Source: Dehalococcoidia bacterium
GTDB lineage: Bacteria > Chloroflexota > Dehalococcoidia > Plut-88900
DNA: 64,000 nt
NCBI GenBank assembly: GCA_963668115.1
Contig: OY764147.1
Location: forward strand, 2,010,061 to 2,074,060
Direction of reading: 5' to 3'
Below the pieces are notes generated by a model. That model did no database searches. It was given only the letters and a program-made list of their open reading frames with translations, and was not told the DNA's origin. How positions within the stretch are numbered: the first letter of the stretch is position 1; the number at the start of each line of letters is the position of its first letter. This document shows, in pieces, positions 1 through 9,751 of the stretch. The position numbers and the translations under genes are program-made.

Positions 1-342
1 GGCGCTGGATGGGGGGTCGAGGGTTGTGTCCTCCGAGTCCAGGGACTCGGCCGGGCGTACGCTGCGAGACCTCAGGACATCACGGCACCGGTTGGCCGCA
101 ATGGTGAACAGCCAGGACTTGAGGCTGTTGCCCTTGAACCGCTTGATGTTGCGGAATGCCGATATGAAGGCATCCTGGGTTGCATCCTCCGCAGTGGGAG
201 CGTCGCCCAGCATGCGGAGCGCCAGGTTGTACATCGGCCTCTGGTACATATCCACGATCTGGTTGAAGGCGTCGACATCCCCTTCCCGGCTACGCGCTAC
301 GAGGGCCTCCTCCGGCTCCGCTGTCCTTTCCGCGGGCGACAT
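1..342 (-). CDS. ECF-type sigma-70 factor, N-terminal part (gene continues beyond the left edge)
   Basis: Absent from the ORF track because it has no stop inside the window. Minus-strand ATG at 342. My translation is MSPAERTAEPEEALVARSREGDVDAFNQIVDMYQRPMYNLALRMLGDAPTAEDATQDAFISAFRNIKRFKGNSLKSWLFTIAANRCRDVLRSR..., which matches sigma-70 region 2 of ECF sigmas (AEDxxQxxF, WLxxIAxNxxxDxxR). Track ORFs 26..412(+) and 72..278(-) are shadows of it. Confidence 0.8.
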   Translation of the reverse strand, partial: MSPAERTAEPEEALVARSREGDVDAFNQIVDMYQRPMYNLALRMLGDAPTAEDATQDAFISAFRNIKRFKGNSLKSWLFTIAANRCRDVLRSRSVRPAESLDSEDTTLDPPSSA

Positions 343-462
343 TCGGGCAGTATACGATTGCCCGCGTCGCGTCGGCAAAACCGCGCGAGTAGCCCTTCGG
401 CCACGCTACTAATGACGGAAAAGGAGTCGGGTTTGTTCCAAGCACTGCCGCGCGTGTCTGGA

Positions 463-491
463 TTGACAAAAGATGTGCATATGGGTAAAGT
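463..491 (+). promoter_or_regulatory. Candidate sigma70-type promoter upstream of the NYN gene
   Basis: TTGACA (463-468), 17-nt spacer, TAAAGT (486-491), about 65 nt upstream of the start at 555/558. Confidence 0.35.
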
Positions 492-554
492 TTCGGGTAC
501 TTCCTCCCCGTCCGCTGGAAAGTGATCTGATCACTCTCCCCGGGCGGGTGTTTT

Positions 555-1157
555 TTGATGCGCACCATTGTCCTGATTGACGGTCAGAACCTTTATCACT
601 TGGCCCGAGCTGCGTGGGCCGCTGATTCAGACGTTCCATCTTCGCCTTATGCTTGGCCCAGCTATGATGTAGTCAAGCTGGCTCAGGCGTTGGTTGACAG
701 AAATCCCGGACGCACGCTCACCGAGACCCGGTTCTACACCGGCGTTCCCAATCCTGCGACGGGAAAGATGCAGAAATTCTGGCACGCATTCTGGTCCAAC
801 AAGCTCAGAGACATGAGAAACCGCGGCGTTTTCGTCTACCGTGGTAGGATAAACGCTGGCGGGCAGGAGAAGGGAGTAGACGTAAGTCTGGCCCTTGACC
901 TCATTCAGGCGACATACGAAAAACGCTTCGACTGCGCCATCATAGTGGGCAGGGATACGGATTTCGGGCCTGCGGTCCGCATGTCCAAAGAGATTGCCAG
1001 AATGCAGAATCGCAGCCTTGTATTTGAGTCTTCCTACCCAATAAGTTCTGGGAGTTCCTCACGAAGGGGTATCCCAGGTACCCTGTGGGTCCCTATTCTC
1101 AAATCGACCTATGATTCATGCCTCGATTTAACAGACTTTCGACAATCGATTAGGTAA
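555..1157 (+). CDS. NYN-domain (LabA/DUF88-like, PIN-fold) putative RNase
   Basis: 200-aa ORF. QEKGVDVSLALDL and IIVGRDTDFGPAV acidic motifs are typical of NYN/LabA-like proteins. TTG at 555, ATG at 558. Somewhat lower GC than neighbours. Confidence 0.7.
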   Translation: MMRTIVLIDGQNLYHLARAAWAADSDVPSSPYAWPSYDVVKLAQALVDRNPGRTLTETRFYTGVPNPATGKMQKFWHAFWSNKLRDMRNRGVFVYRGRINAGGQEKGVDVSLALDLIQATYEKRFDCAIIVGRDTDFGPAVRMSKEIARMQNRSLVFESSYPISSGSSSRRGIPGTLWVPILKSTYDSCLDLTDFRQSIR

Positions 1158-1175
1158 ACCACTTTCGTCGGCGCT

Positions 1176-1961
1176 CTACCCCCTACCCCCCGCCAGAATC
1201 TCCGCTATGGTCATCCCACCATCCAGGACGAGGTTGGTCCCAGTGACGAAGGCCGACTCGTCGCTGGCGAGATAGAGGGCCGCATATGCGCAGTCCTCGG
1301 GGGTGCCCATGTGGGGATAGGGCTGGCGGGTCTCGAAGTCCTGGACAATGTCTGGTCGAGTCCAGTAGTCCTCGTCGTTCTCCATGCCCACGAACCCGAT
1401 ATCTCCCGGCGAGATGCAGTTCACTCTTATCTTCTGCTTCGCATAGTCCAGAGCGGCCTTCTTGGTGAGCCCGATAATCGCCGCCTTGGACGCGACGTAT
1501 GAACCGGCGCACCGGTGGCTTGCGGTGACCCCCCACATGGATGCGTTGCTGACTATGGAGCCTCCGCCGTTCTTGATCATCTCCGGCACGGCATACTTTA
1601 TGCCCAGGAAAACACTCTTCAGGTTGATCGTAATACAGCGGTCCCAGCTCTCCTCCGACTCGTCGGCGGTCAGGCCCTTGCTCCCGGTGCCCGCGTTGTT
1701 GAAGAGCACGTCCAGCTTGCCGTATGCGGCGACTGTCTCTTCCACAATCCGCTGGACGTCGGCTGCGAGTGAAACGTCGGCTTTGACGAAAATTGCCTCC
1801 CCACCCCCCGCCCGAATCCCTTCTGCAACCCGTTCTCCCGCCTCAACCGTCCTCCCGGAGACCACCACCCTGGCCCCTTCCCTGGCAAACAATTCCGCGG
1901 ACCCCTTCCCTATCCCCGCCGTTGACCCGGTTACTATGGCGACTTTACCCGCAAGCCTCAT
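1176..1961 (-). CDS. Short-chain dehydrogenase/reductase (SDR)
   Basis: TGSTAGIGKG Rossmann motif, NNAG, catalytic YVASKAA (YxxxK), 261 aa. Confidence 0.9.
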   Translation of the reverse strand: MRLAGKVAIVTGSTAGIGKGSAELFAREGARVVVSGRTVEAGERVAEGIRAGGGEAIFVKADVSLAADVQRIVEETVAAYGKLDVLFNNAGTGSKGLTADESEESWDRCITINLKSVFLGIKYAVPEMIKNGGGSIVSNASMWGVTASHRCAGSYVASKAAIIGLTKKAALDYAKQKIRVNCISPGDIGFVGMENDEDYWTRPDIVQDFETRQPYPHMGTPEDCAYAALYLASDESAFVTGTNLVLDGGMTIAEILAGGRG

Positions 1962-2036
1962 GGTGTGCTACCCCCGGAGATTGTGACGGAAACTATAGCT
2001 TTAAAACTTCTTCAGGACTTGTGGAGCCATTCCAAC

Positions 2037-2354
2037 TTAGTCAAACAGACTAAGTTGCCGGATACTGGTATCGGTCGGGCCGTAGAGTTCACGGTGTCGA
2101 TTTACTGATGTAGTCTGCATCGCCTTTTTAAGAGATGGATTGGAGGTAATCACACGAATCACATCTTCAAAACCGTCCTTGCCCAACTTGTGCTCTTGTT
2201 CATGGCAATGTTGGCATCTAATAGTTAGGTTACTTTTATCGTTGTTGTCGTGATCCCAATCAATATGATGTTTATGGATGCCAACGGGTGATCCACAAGC
2301 CATGCAGGGTCCCTTAATTTTCGGCTTGGTTCTTGTCGTTTTACTTAATACCAT
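2037..2354 (-). CDS. Small HNH endonuclease
   Basis: 105 aa. CMACG...HKHHIDWDHDNNDKSNLTIRCQHCHEQEH is CxxC...HH...N...CxxCH, an HNH/zinc-finger signature. The gene and its flanks are clearly AT-richer than the neighbouring SDR genes. Confidence 0.75.
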   Translation of the reverse strand: MVLSKTTRTKPKIKGPCMACGSPVGIHKHHIDWDHDNNDKSNLTIRCQHCHEQEHKLGKDGFEDVIRVITSNPSLKKAMQTTSVNRHRELYGPTDTSIRQLSLFD

Positions 2355-2428
2355 AGAGTTGTCTATGTACTGGTATGGCGCATCAAGTGCATGCCTCTGT
2401 TGGGGTGGGCACGGGGAGGATAGGACTG

Positions 2429-3211
2429 CTACACCACGTCCCTGTACGCCGCCGCCTGCCCACCGTCGATGATCAGGGTCGCTCCTGTCACGAATGCCGA
2501 CTCGTCGGAGGCAAAGTACAGGGCGGCATAAGCCACGTCCATCGGGTGTCCCATACGACGCATCGGCTGTAGCCTCAGGCGTGTCTCTATGGTGTCAGGG
2601 TCCGAGAGCTTGTCCCAGGGGATGTCCACCATTTCGGTGGCGATCGGACCGGGATTGACAGCGTTGACTCGGATATTGTCGGCGGCGTAGACCACCGCCG
2701 CCTTCTTCGTCAGCGCCGTGACTCCACCCTTGGAAGCGTGATAGGAAATATTGGAGGCGGCGCCCGCCTGGCTGTCATTCACGGAGGAGTTGTTGATTAT
2801 AGAACCACCCCCGACCTTGCGCATCTCCGGCACTGCGTACTTGATACCCAGGAACGTTCCCTTCAGGTTGACGTCTATGACTCGGTCCCAGTCCTCCTCT
2901 GACTCCTGGGCTGGGTCGTCCATAAGACCGCTGTCGATGCCCGCGTTGTTGAACAGAACGTCCAGCCTGCCATAGGAACTGACCGCGGCATCTACCACCT
3001 TCTGCACGTCCTCCGCTCTGGATACGTCCGCCTGAACGAATATGGCCTCCCCACCCCGCCCCTTTATCAGATCGACGATCTCCTGCCCCAGCGATTCACG
3101 CCTGCCGCACATCACCACCTTGGCCCCTTCCTCGGCGAACAGTTCCGCCGCCGCCCGACCCATACCCGCAGTAGCTCCAGTCACAATGGCTACTTTTCCT
3201 TCAAGTCTCAT
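2429..3211 (-). CDS. SDR family oxidoreductase (tandem paralog A)
   Basis: TGATAGMGRA, NNAG, YHASKGG. 260 aa. Confidence 0.9.
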   Translation of the reverse strand: MRLEGKVAIVTGATAGMGRAAAELFAEEGAKVVMCGRRESLGQEIVDLIKGRGGEAIFVQADVSRAEDVQKVVDAAVSSYGRLDVLFNNAGIDSGLMDDPAQESEEDWDRVIDVNLKGTFLGIKYAVPEMRKVGGGSIINNSSVNDSQAGAASNISYHASKGGVTALTKKAAVVYAADNIRVNAVNPGPIATEMVDIPWDKLSDPDTIETRLRLQPMRRMGHPMDVAYAALYFASDESAFVTGATLIIDGGQAAAYRDVV

Positions 3212-3236
3212 GTTTTCTCCTGGTTGAATCGCTAGA

Positions 3237-4031
3237 CTAGACCACGTCCCTGTACGCCGCCGACTGCCCGCCGTCTATCAGCAACGTCGCCCCGGTCACG
3301 AATGCCGACTCGTCGCTGGCGAAGTAAAGGGCGGCGTAGGCGACGTCCATGGGGTGGCCCATCCGATTCAGTGGCTGCTTGGTCTTGCGTTCGACGACGA
3401 TGTCGGGGTCGGTGAGTTTGTCCCAGGGGATGTCCACCATCTCCGTGGCTATGGGGCCGGGGTTGACCGCGTTGACCCGGATGTTGTCCGCGGCGTAGGC
3501 CAGAGCGGCCTTCTTGGTCATGGCCGTCACGCCGCCCTTGGATGCATGATAGGAGGACATGGACACCATGTCGGCCTGGACATCGTTTACGGAGGAGTTG
3601 TTGATTATCGACCCACCCCCGGCCTTGCGCATCTCAGGCGCCGCGTACTTGATTCCGAGAAACGTGCCCTTCAGGTTCACGTCGATGATTCGGTCCCAGA
3701 TATCCTCGGGCTCCTTGTCGGGATCTCCCTCTGCATGCTCGTTGATGCCGGCATTGTTGAACAGGACGTCCAGCTTGCCGTAGGCGGTGACCGCGGTGTC
3801 GACTACCCGCTTCACGTCCTCGGCCCGGGCCACGTCTGCCGTGACGAATGTAGCCTCCCCACCTCGCCCCTTTATCAGATCGACGATCTCCTGCCCCAAC
3901 TCCTCCCGTCGCCCGCACATCACCACCTTGGCCCCTTCCTTTGCAAACAGCTCCGCCGCCGCCCGACCCATCCCCGCCGTCGCCCCCGTAACAATCGCGG
4001 CCTTATCTTTGAGCCTCAAAAGTTCCTCCAA
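3237..4031 (-). CDS. SDR family oxidoreductase (tandem paralog B)
   Basis: Same motifs as 2429..3211. Roughly four-fifths identical to it by eye, including identical C-terminal ...MGHPMDVAYAALYFASDESAFVTGATL.IDGGQ.AAYRDVV. Confidence 0.9.
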   Translation of the reverse strand: MEELLRLKDKAAIVTGATAGMGRAAAELFAKEGAKVVMCGRREELGQEIVDLIKGRGGEATFVTADVARAEDVKRVVDTAVTAYGKLDVLFNNAGINEHAEGDPDKEPEDIWDRIIDVNLKGTFLGIKYAAPEMRKAGGGSIINNSSVNDVQADMVSMSSYHASKGGVTAMTKKAALAYAADNIRVNAVNPGPIATEMVDIPWDKLTDPDIVVERKTKQPLNRMGHPMDVAYAALYFASDESAFVTGATLLIDGGQSAAYRDVV

Positions 4032-4088
4032 AGTGTGAGATGAATGTACAGTCGGGAGCGGGGGTTATTGTAGCATGAAGGGCGGACC

Positions 4089-5312
4089 TCACCCCCTCTG
4101 CAGAGTGGCCTTCCTGTCCCTCACGTACAGCATACCCGCCGACACCAGCAGTACCGCTGGCAGAAGCCCATTGATGAACAGGGCCGTCTGAAGGTCTCCC
4201 GTCGCCTCCTGAAGACCCCCGACCAGCAGCGGCCCTACCGCCGAGCCTCCCCAGATCGACGTCTCCATGAAGCTCATACCTATCCCTATCTCCCGAGGTT
4301 TGATGCCCGGGATAAGGAACACCATGATCATCAGCACGGGGAAGTAGGCGAAAGCCAGCCCCTTGAGCACGGCCAGGAACAGGACGAGGGGCGTGGAGGT
4401 GGCGTAGGCCAGGCCGGTAAGGGAGACGACGGAGGCGATCCCGCAAACGGAAAGTACCAGGGTGCGGCGTCTTATCAGGCCGGGGATGGCGTTGACCAGG
4501 AAATCGGTCGGGGCGGCTGCAAAGGTGGTCGCCCCGAGAGCAAGGCCGATGAACCCGCGCTCAAAGCCCAGGTTGTCCTCCGCAAGGGTGGGCCAGAAGT
4601 TCTGGAATCCCGCCTGCGCACCCATGGAAGCGCCCATACCCAATCCCATTATCCAGAGCTGCCTGTAGTTTCGCAGAGCGTTTAAGGGACTGGACGTTTC
4701 GGCTCGGGCCCGAGCCGCGTACTCTTCGGTGACCCTCTCTCCCCCGACTATAAGCCAGACCACGGTGAGTCCCAGCAGGATCATAGACCAGATGAAGAAC
4801 GTCTCCCTCCAGCCACCGGCAAGCTCCTGGAACTGGGGCGTGACAAGGAAGGCCATGCCCATTATCAGGTCGATGCCTGCGAAAGCGAGGCCGTTGGTGA
4901 AGGAGATGCGGTGTCGGGGGATCCACTGCTGGATTAGCAGGGCCCGGGGGGACTGGGTGGAAGTGAAGAACAGGCCCGCGCCCACCCGCCCGACGAACAG
5001 AGCGGCAAGCACCGGCGTCCAACTCTGCAACAGCGCCGAGCCCGTCACCCCCAGGAATAGAAGAGTCACCGTTCGCCACGGCCTGAACCTGGAGGTGACT
5101 AGGTTGACGGGAATGCAGAATATCAGGTTTGCGATCAGAACGGAGGAGCCGAGCCAGCCCTGGGCCAACGGCGAAAGGTTCAGTTCCTCAGATATCTCCG
5201 GAAGCAGTATCCCGATGATGAAAACGATGCTGAGGGAAGTTCCTACGCAAGAAGTCAGGGAGCCTACTACGATCCAGCGTCGGAGTCGGGGGCTTTCAGA
5301 GGTTGTTTGCAA
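4089..5312 (-). CDS. MFS transporter
   Basis: 407 aa, about 12 hydrophobic segments, two-halves architecture typical of the major facilitator superfamily. Substrate unknown. Confidence 0.8.
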   Translation of the reverse strand: MQTTSESPRLRRWIVVGSLTSCVGTSLSIVFIIGILLPEISEELNLSPLAQGWLGSSVLIANLIFCIPVNLVTSRFRPWRTVTLLFLGVTGSALLQSWTPVLAALFVGRVGAGLFFTSTQSPRALLIQQWIPRHRISFTNGLAFAGIDLIMGMAFLVTPQFQELAGGWRETFFIWSMILLGLTVVWLIVGGERVTEEYAARARAETSSPLNALRNYRQLWIMGLGMGASMGAQAGFQNFWPTLAEDNLGFERGFIGLALGATTFAAAPTDFLVNAIPGLIRRRTLVLSVCGIASVVSLTGLAYATSTPLVLFLAVLKGLAFAYFPVLMIMVFLIPGIKPREIGIGMSFMETSIWGGSAVGPLLVGGLQEATGDLQTALFINGLLPAVLLVSAGMLYVRDRKATLQRG

Positions 5313-5570
5313 TCGGACTCGCGTGAAAAGGGGTTGTAAGGACGTCCTGCGTGAAGGCTATTCTTCACCCGACACCCCCCACTGTCAACAACCGCCCCCA
5401 ACCCCTCCCCCCACACTATTTCCCACCGGCCCCCGAGTCGGTTATCATCCCCCCGACAAAACTGGACTACATACCCAACCCGACCGCCGGCTTCCCTTCC
5501 GGCCACGGTTCCTTGCCGGACCCGGAGCGGACACGGGTGCCGGCGGCAATTCCAAAAACGAGGTGATTAA

Positions 5571-6119
5571 ATGCTAGCCAGAATGTTAGGCGCCGCCCGA
5601 CTTGACTCCCACACTTACGAGGACGTCGAAAGGGATAGAGGCGCAACCCTCCAGGCACTGACCATAGTAATAATGGTCACCATCGCCAGCCTGGTTGGCG
5701 AGATGCTTACCGGCCTTCTGAACGGTGAAGAAATCGAATTGGTAAGGTCGGTGGTTGCCGGTGTGATCTTGGGAGTGATCGGCTGGGCCTTGTGGGCTCT
5801 TGTCACCTACATAATCGGAGCCACGATTTGCAAGACGCCCGATACCGAAGCCAACTGGGGACAGCTTGCCCGGTGCACGGGTTTCGCTCAGACCCCGGGG
5901 CTGCTCAATGTACTGTCCTTCATCCCGATTGTGGGAGTCCTAATAGTCTTGGTGGCCTTCGTCTGGAGTGTCGCCGCCATGGTAGTGGGCGTACGACAGG
6001 CTTTGGACTACACCTCGACTCTGCGGGCCTTCTTCGTAGTAGTTGTTTCGGCGATACCCTGGGTAGTCTTGTACGTAATCGTTCTTATAATCACCGGAGG
6101 CGTTCTGGGGTCTGAGTAA
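5571..6119 (+). CDS. Yip1-domain membrane protein
   Basis: 182 aa. The N-terminal soluble segment (...HTYEDVERDRGATLQAL) followed by 4-5 TM helices resembles the Yip1/DUF1282 family. SD GAGGTGA lies upstream of the ATG. Confidence 0.65.
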   Translation: MLARMLGAARLDSHTYEDVERDRGATLQALTIVIMVTIASLVGEMLTGLLNGEEIELVRSVVAGVILGVIGWALWALVTYIIGATICKTPDTEANWGQLARCTGFAQTPGLLNVLSFIPIVGVLIVLVAFVWSVAAMVVGVRQALDYTSTLRAFFVVVVSAIPWVVLYVIVLIITGGVLGSE

Positions 6120-6179
6120 AGGGCCCTCGACTCCGTGCAATGTAAGGAACTCGGTTGGCCTGCCGCAAATCCCGGCTAC

Positions 6180-8171
6180 CTACACCCCTCCCAGCCGGAT
6201 CGTCTGGTCGTACCGTGACCCCCGGGCCCCGACCGCATACCTCGTCTCCAGCCCCAGCACCCGGTATTTGGCCGAAGTGAGACCGACCGCCGGGTCGGTC
6301 ACCTCTATCACGTCGTAGAGCTCCTGGCCGGCGTTGACGGGCGCCGTGATGCTGCCCCGAGGGGTGTGGATCGCCATTCTCCGGGTCTCGGCCGAGGCGC
6401 GCGCGTCGGTCTTCTTACGGGTGTCGAGGCTGGCATCATGGATGTGGACCGGCCTGTCGAACAGCGCCGGAAAATCTGACCAGTCCGACAGATCGCTGGT
6501 ATGCCCCGACCCGAACACGATAGCCCGGCTGTGCCTCGGGACCGGGTCGTAATAGCGGCCCTCCCGGACCCCGTGTCCCGACCCGTATGTATAGGAGACC
6601 TTGTCGGTAGACGAGGGCGTGCGAAGTACAAAACCCCCGCTCGACGCTGTCAGCAGGACGTCCGGCACGTAGGCCATAAGCCGCTCTACTACTATGTCCA
6701 ACGGCTCGGACTCCTCAATTAGGAACTCGGGGCGGTGGTTGTCCAGCAGGTAGTTGGTTGACAGGCTTGCACACTCGTAACCGGCCCGGGCCAGAACATC
6801 CCTCAATATCTGGAAAACGGTGGCCTTGCCCGCGGCCCAGTTGCGCTCCCGACGCGCCTGCTGCCACCCCAGCAGCCCCCAGCCTCCGGTCGCGTGAACG
6901 ACCAGCGTCGATGCCCCTCCTTTCCGACAGTGCTCCAGACCCTCAATCCAGGTCGGCCCGACCGTCGATAGCTGCCTGCCATGCCCGGTCATGTACCCCA
7001 GCTTCACCCTCACCTCCGATCCCTTGGTCAGCAGCCCCAGGTCTCCCTCCCCCGGCCGCGAATAGCGCCCGTCGTCGTTGCGTAGCTCTATTTGCCACCC
7101 GGTAGCTCTCGTCGATTCCTTCCCGGTCACCGAGACAACGTCGTCGCTCAGGTCCAGAGGCGGGGAGCTCAGGGGCGCCGACCACACGCCGTTGGCGGTG
7201 GAGAGCCAGGCCTCGTCTGACGAATGCCCGAAGGCCATGCCGTAGGCGGAATCGAGGTCGAAGGCCGCCGGCTCCCGCCATAGGCCGTCCGAAAACGATG
7301 CCGAAGGCGTGCCAAAGGTGAAGAAGGGCCGGTTATACCCGCCCTTCCCCGATACCCGCTCCGTGAAGAAGAGCCTGTCCACGTCCGGCCGTTCCAGGGA
7401 GGGTGTACGGTATTCCGGGGTCTGGCCGGGCCTCGACTCCGTGACGGCCTTCAGCCCCGACCACGTATTCAACGTCTGCGCAGAACCCTCCCCGAACAAT
7501 GTGGTCCACACCCCGTTCCTGCTGTTCCCTGAGTCGCCACCCGTGACCGCGACGTTCCAGTCGCCGTTGAAGTGGACGGCCACCCCGTCGATGCGGGACA
7601 GGGAGTTGGTCCAGATGCGCGTTGACCCCCAGACGCCGGAGGTGCGCCGGATTGCGTAAAGGCCGTTTCCAATCACGTAGAGCAGAAGGACGGAGCCGTT
7701 AGGGTTGAAGGCCGCGGCCAGGGAGGTCACGGGAGACGACGCAGTGGTCACGGACGCGGGCTGCCCGAAGGTCGTGCCGCTATCGGAACTGCCCCTGACG
7801 TTAAGCGTCTTCCGGTTGGAGGACACCGAGAACAGCAGCACCTCCGACCCGTTCGAACACAGGGCCACCCCGGCGTCCCCGGAAACGGCGCCCAAGGAGA
7901 CCCAACGGGTGAAGTCGGATGTTGGCGAGGGTGTCGCAACCCGCTGGAAATAAAGGTTGTGGCCGTTTGATGGATCGACGCGGGCGCGCACCAGCGAACC
8001 GTCGGCGGGAATGACCAGCGCGTGAGGCCCCTCGGCCTCGGTGCCCGTATGGATGCGCCTGAACCGAAGGCGGGCTATCCCCGCCATCCGGTCCCGTACC
8101 TCCACCCCGACGCACGGCCGGGAGGAGGACGCCTTTTGGGCTTTCAGCAAGGCGTCGGTCAGTATCCGCAT
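6180..8171 (-). CDS. Phage-like structural protein: BNR/sialidase-like N-terminal half plus tail-hub-like C-terminal half
   Basis: 663 aa. Asp-box-like SSDSGTTF and repeated propeller-like segments in the N half. The C half (…YRVLGLETRYAVGARGSRYDQTIRLGGV) recalls phage tail/late-control-D-like proteins by eye only. Its start is 1 nt after the stop of the upstream gene. Confidence 0.45.
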   Translation of the reverse strand: MRILTDALLKAQKASSSRPCVGVEVRDRMAGIARLRFRRIHTGTEAEGPHALVIPADGSLVRARVDPSNGHNLYFQRVATPSPTSDFTRWVSLGAVSGDAGVALCSNGSEVLLFSVSSNRKTLNVRGSSDSGTTFGQPASVTTASSPVTSLAAAFNPNGSVLLLYVIGNGLYAIRRTSGVWGSTRIWTNSLSRIDGVAVHFNGDWNVAVTGGDSGNSRNGVWTTLFGEGSAQTLNTWSGLKAVTESRPGQTPEYRTPSLERPDVDRLFFTERVSGKGGYNRPFFTFGTPSASFSDGLWREPAAFDLDSAYGMAFGHSSDEAWLSTANGVWSAPLSSPPLDLSDDVVSVTGKESTRATGWQIELRNDDGRYSRPGEGDLGLLTKGSEVRVKLGYMTGHGRQLSTVGPTWIEGLEHCRKGGASTLVVHATGGWGLLGWQQARRERNWAAGKATVFQILRDVLARAGYECASLSTNYLLDNHRPEFLIEESEPLDIVVERLMAYVPDVLLTASSGGFVLRTPSSTDKVSYTYGSGHGVREGRYYDPVPRHSRAIVFGSGHTSDLSDWSDFPALFDRPVHIHDASLDTRKKTDARASAETRRMAIHTPRGSITAPVNAGQELYDVIEVTDPAVGLTSAKYRVLGLETRYAVGARGSRYDQTIRLGGV

Positions 8172-8172
8172 T

Positions 8173-8793
8173 CTAATGGCCCCCGACGCCGGTCGCCGGA
8201 CGGCGTAGCTGCCGAGCCCTCAGCCTGCCGCGGGGCCCGTGCCTCGCCAGCGCCCGGTGAAAGACGCTCAACCGCTCCCGACCCCACACCATGTAGTCCC
8301 GCCATACGCTGTCCCCTCCGGCGTTGAGCCGGTTTATGGTGAACCTCGACATGCTGAGCGCGGCATACCCCGACGCCCCCGCCACCAGTACGTCCTCCAG
8401 CGCTTCCGGCACGGTAGAGGCGGTGTAGTCCAGGGAATGGAGCTTGCCGTAGTAGACCGCTGCCTGCTCACCCTCGCCCGGGATCCGGTCCGTGAGCAAA
8501 GTCAGAGTATCTCCCCAGACCCGGAACCCGACGAATGCCGGCGGAGACTGGCCGGCCGGGTACTCGACGGAATCGACGAGCACCAGGCCGGCCAGGGAAG
8601 AGAGGGAGAGGTGCCGCGACCCCGCGGTGACGTTCAGGGTGGCCTTGCTCTCCAGGGGCGCGGCAAGGCTGAGCTCCCTGAGGGCGTGAGAGATGTGCCG
8701 GTCCAGCTCCGCGCTGGCCCAGCGGTATTCGCTGGAGTCCTCGTCGTGGAGGTCGGTGCGGACGCGCGCCCTGATATCGGTGAGTGTTGTCAT
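8173..8793 (-). CDS. Phage-like protein following the capsid gene (possible head-tail adaptor)
   Basis: 206 aa, MTTLTDIRARVRTDLHDEDSSEYRWASAELDRHI... The position directly after the major capsid gene and the N-terminal motif resemble conserved capsid-adjacent phage proteins. Function not established. Confidence 0.4.
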   Translation of the reverse strand: MTTLTDIRARVRTDLHDEDSSEYRWASAELDRHISHALRELSLAAPLESKATLNVTAGSRHLSLSSLAGLVLVDSVEYPAGQSPPAFVGFRVWGDTLTLLTDRIPGEGEQAAVYYGKLHSLDYTASTVPEALEDVLVAGASGYAALSMSRFTINRLNAGGDSVWRDYMVWGRERLSVFHRALARHGPRGRLRARQLRRPATGVGGH

Positions 8794-8826
8794 GGGTGCT
8801 CTCCCTTCCTGCTCCCGGTATCCGGG

Positions 8827-9717
8827 CTAGTTCCGTATTCCCGTGAGCTTGGCCAGCTTGACTGTGCTGAACAGGGCCACGGCCACGTACCACTTCACCC
8901 GGGTCCGGGTGGCATCCTTGGTCTCCAGGCTCCCGACCCGCTCCACCTGTAGGCCCGAGGGCCCCGTCAGCCCCGACACCCCCTCCTCTCCGAACTGCAC
9001 GGCGTGCACCGTCGAGCAGTCCCGGCTGGTCCCCGCCCTCTGGTCGTCGGCCACCCAGTCGCTGATGCCTATGGGGACGCCGTCGTAGAACTGGACCATC
9101 TGGCTGAGCATGTTGCGGTCGGTCTGGAGAAACCCGCTGCCGGAGTCTCGCACTAGGGAATTCATCTTGCGCCTGGTGCGGCGGCTCATGATCAGCATGT
9201 CGGGCTTGCCGGGCTTTACCTTGTCGATCAGCTCGTCCAGCTTGTCCAGGGTCAGGGTCGCTCCGTTGTCGCCCATGCTTACCGTCTGGCCGGCGGGGGT
9301 GAGCTTGTCGATCCCATCGAAGGCCTTGGAGTTGACCTCCGTATCGCCGTTGATGAAAGTGTCGTCGAACTTCTGCTGTACGGCCTTGGCCTTGAGCTCG
9401 ACGACGGCGGCTTCCAGGTCTTGGATGTTGCTGCGGGTCGCCGCCACGTAGTTGTCCACGTCGGCATCGCCGCCCAGGATCTTCAGGGTGGCGGTGACCT
9501 GGGTGAAGGTGGGCGTAGACTCGGCCCAGGCGTCTCCCACGTCGTAGAAGGCTACGGTCGGGGCGGCGTTCTCCCGGTTGTAGGTCAGGGAGTTCCCGAC
9601 TATTTCGATGAAGGGCAGGTGCTGGAGCACCGGGCTTTCGTTGACTATGGTCTCGATTACCCCGGACAGGAGCACGTCGTTGGACAGTTTTGCGGACTCG
9701 GTTAGCGTCAATGCCAT
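8827..9717 (-). CDS. HK97-fold-like phage major capsid protein
   Basis: 296 aa, MALTLTESAKLSNDVLLSGVIETIVNESPVLQHLPFIEIVGNSLTYNRE...LKILGGDADVDNY... I recognise this pattern from phage major capsid proteins that use a separate scaffold. Strong SD AAGGAG upstream. Confidence 0.7.
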   Translation of the reverse strand: MALTLTESAKLSNDVLLSGVIETIVNESPVLQHLPFIEIVGNSLTYNRENAAPTVAFYDVGDAWAESTPTFTQVTATLKILGGDADVDNYVAATRSNIQDLEAAVVELKAKAVQQKFDDTFINGDTEVNSKAFDGIDKLTPAGQTVSMGDNGATLTLDKLDELIDKVKPGKPDMLIMSRRTRRKMNSLVRDSGSGFLQTDRNMLSQMVQFYDGVPIGISDWVADDQRAGTSRDCSTVHAVQFGEEGVSGLTGPSGLQVERVGSLETKDATRTRVKWYVAVALFSTVKLAKLTGIRN

Positions 9718-9751
9718 TGTGTTTTTTCTCCTTGTTTGTCTTGCTTTATGG

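Noticed and set aside
26-412. 128-aa plus-strand ORF at the left edge
   Set aside because: The opposite strand encodes a clear ECF sigma-factor region 2. The plus-strand ORF has no motifs and is its shadow.
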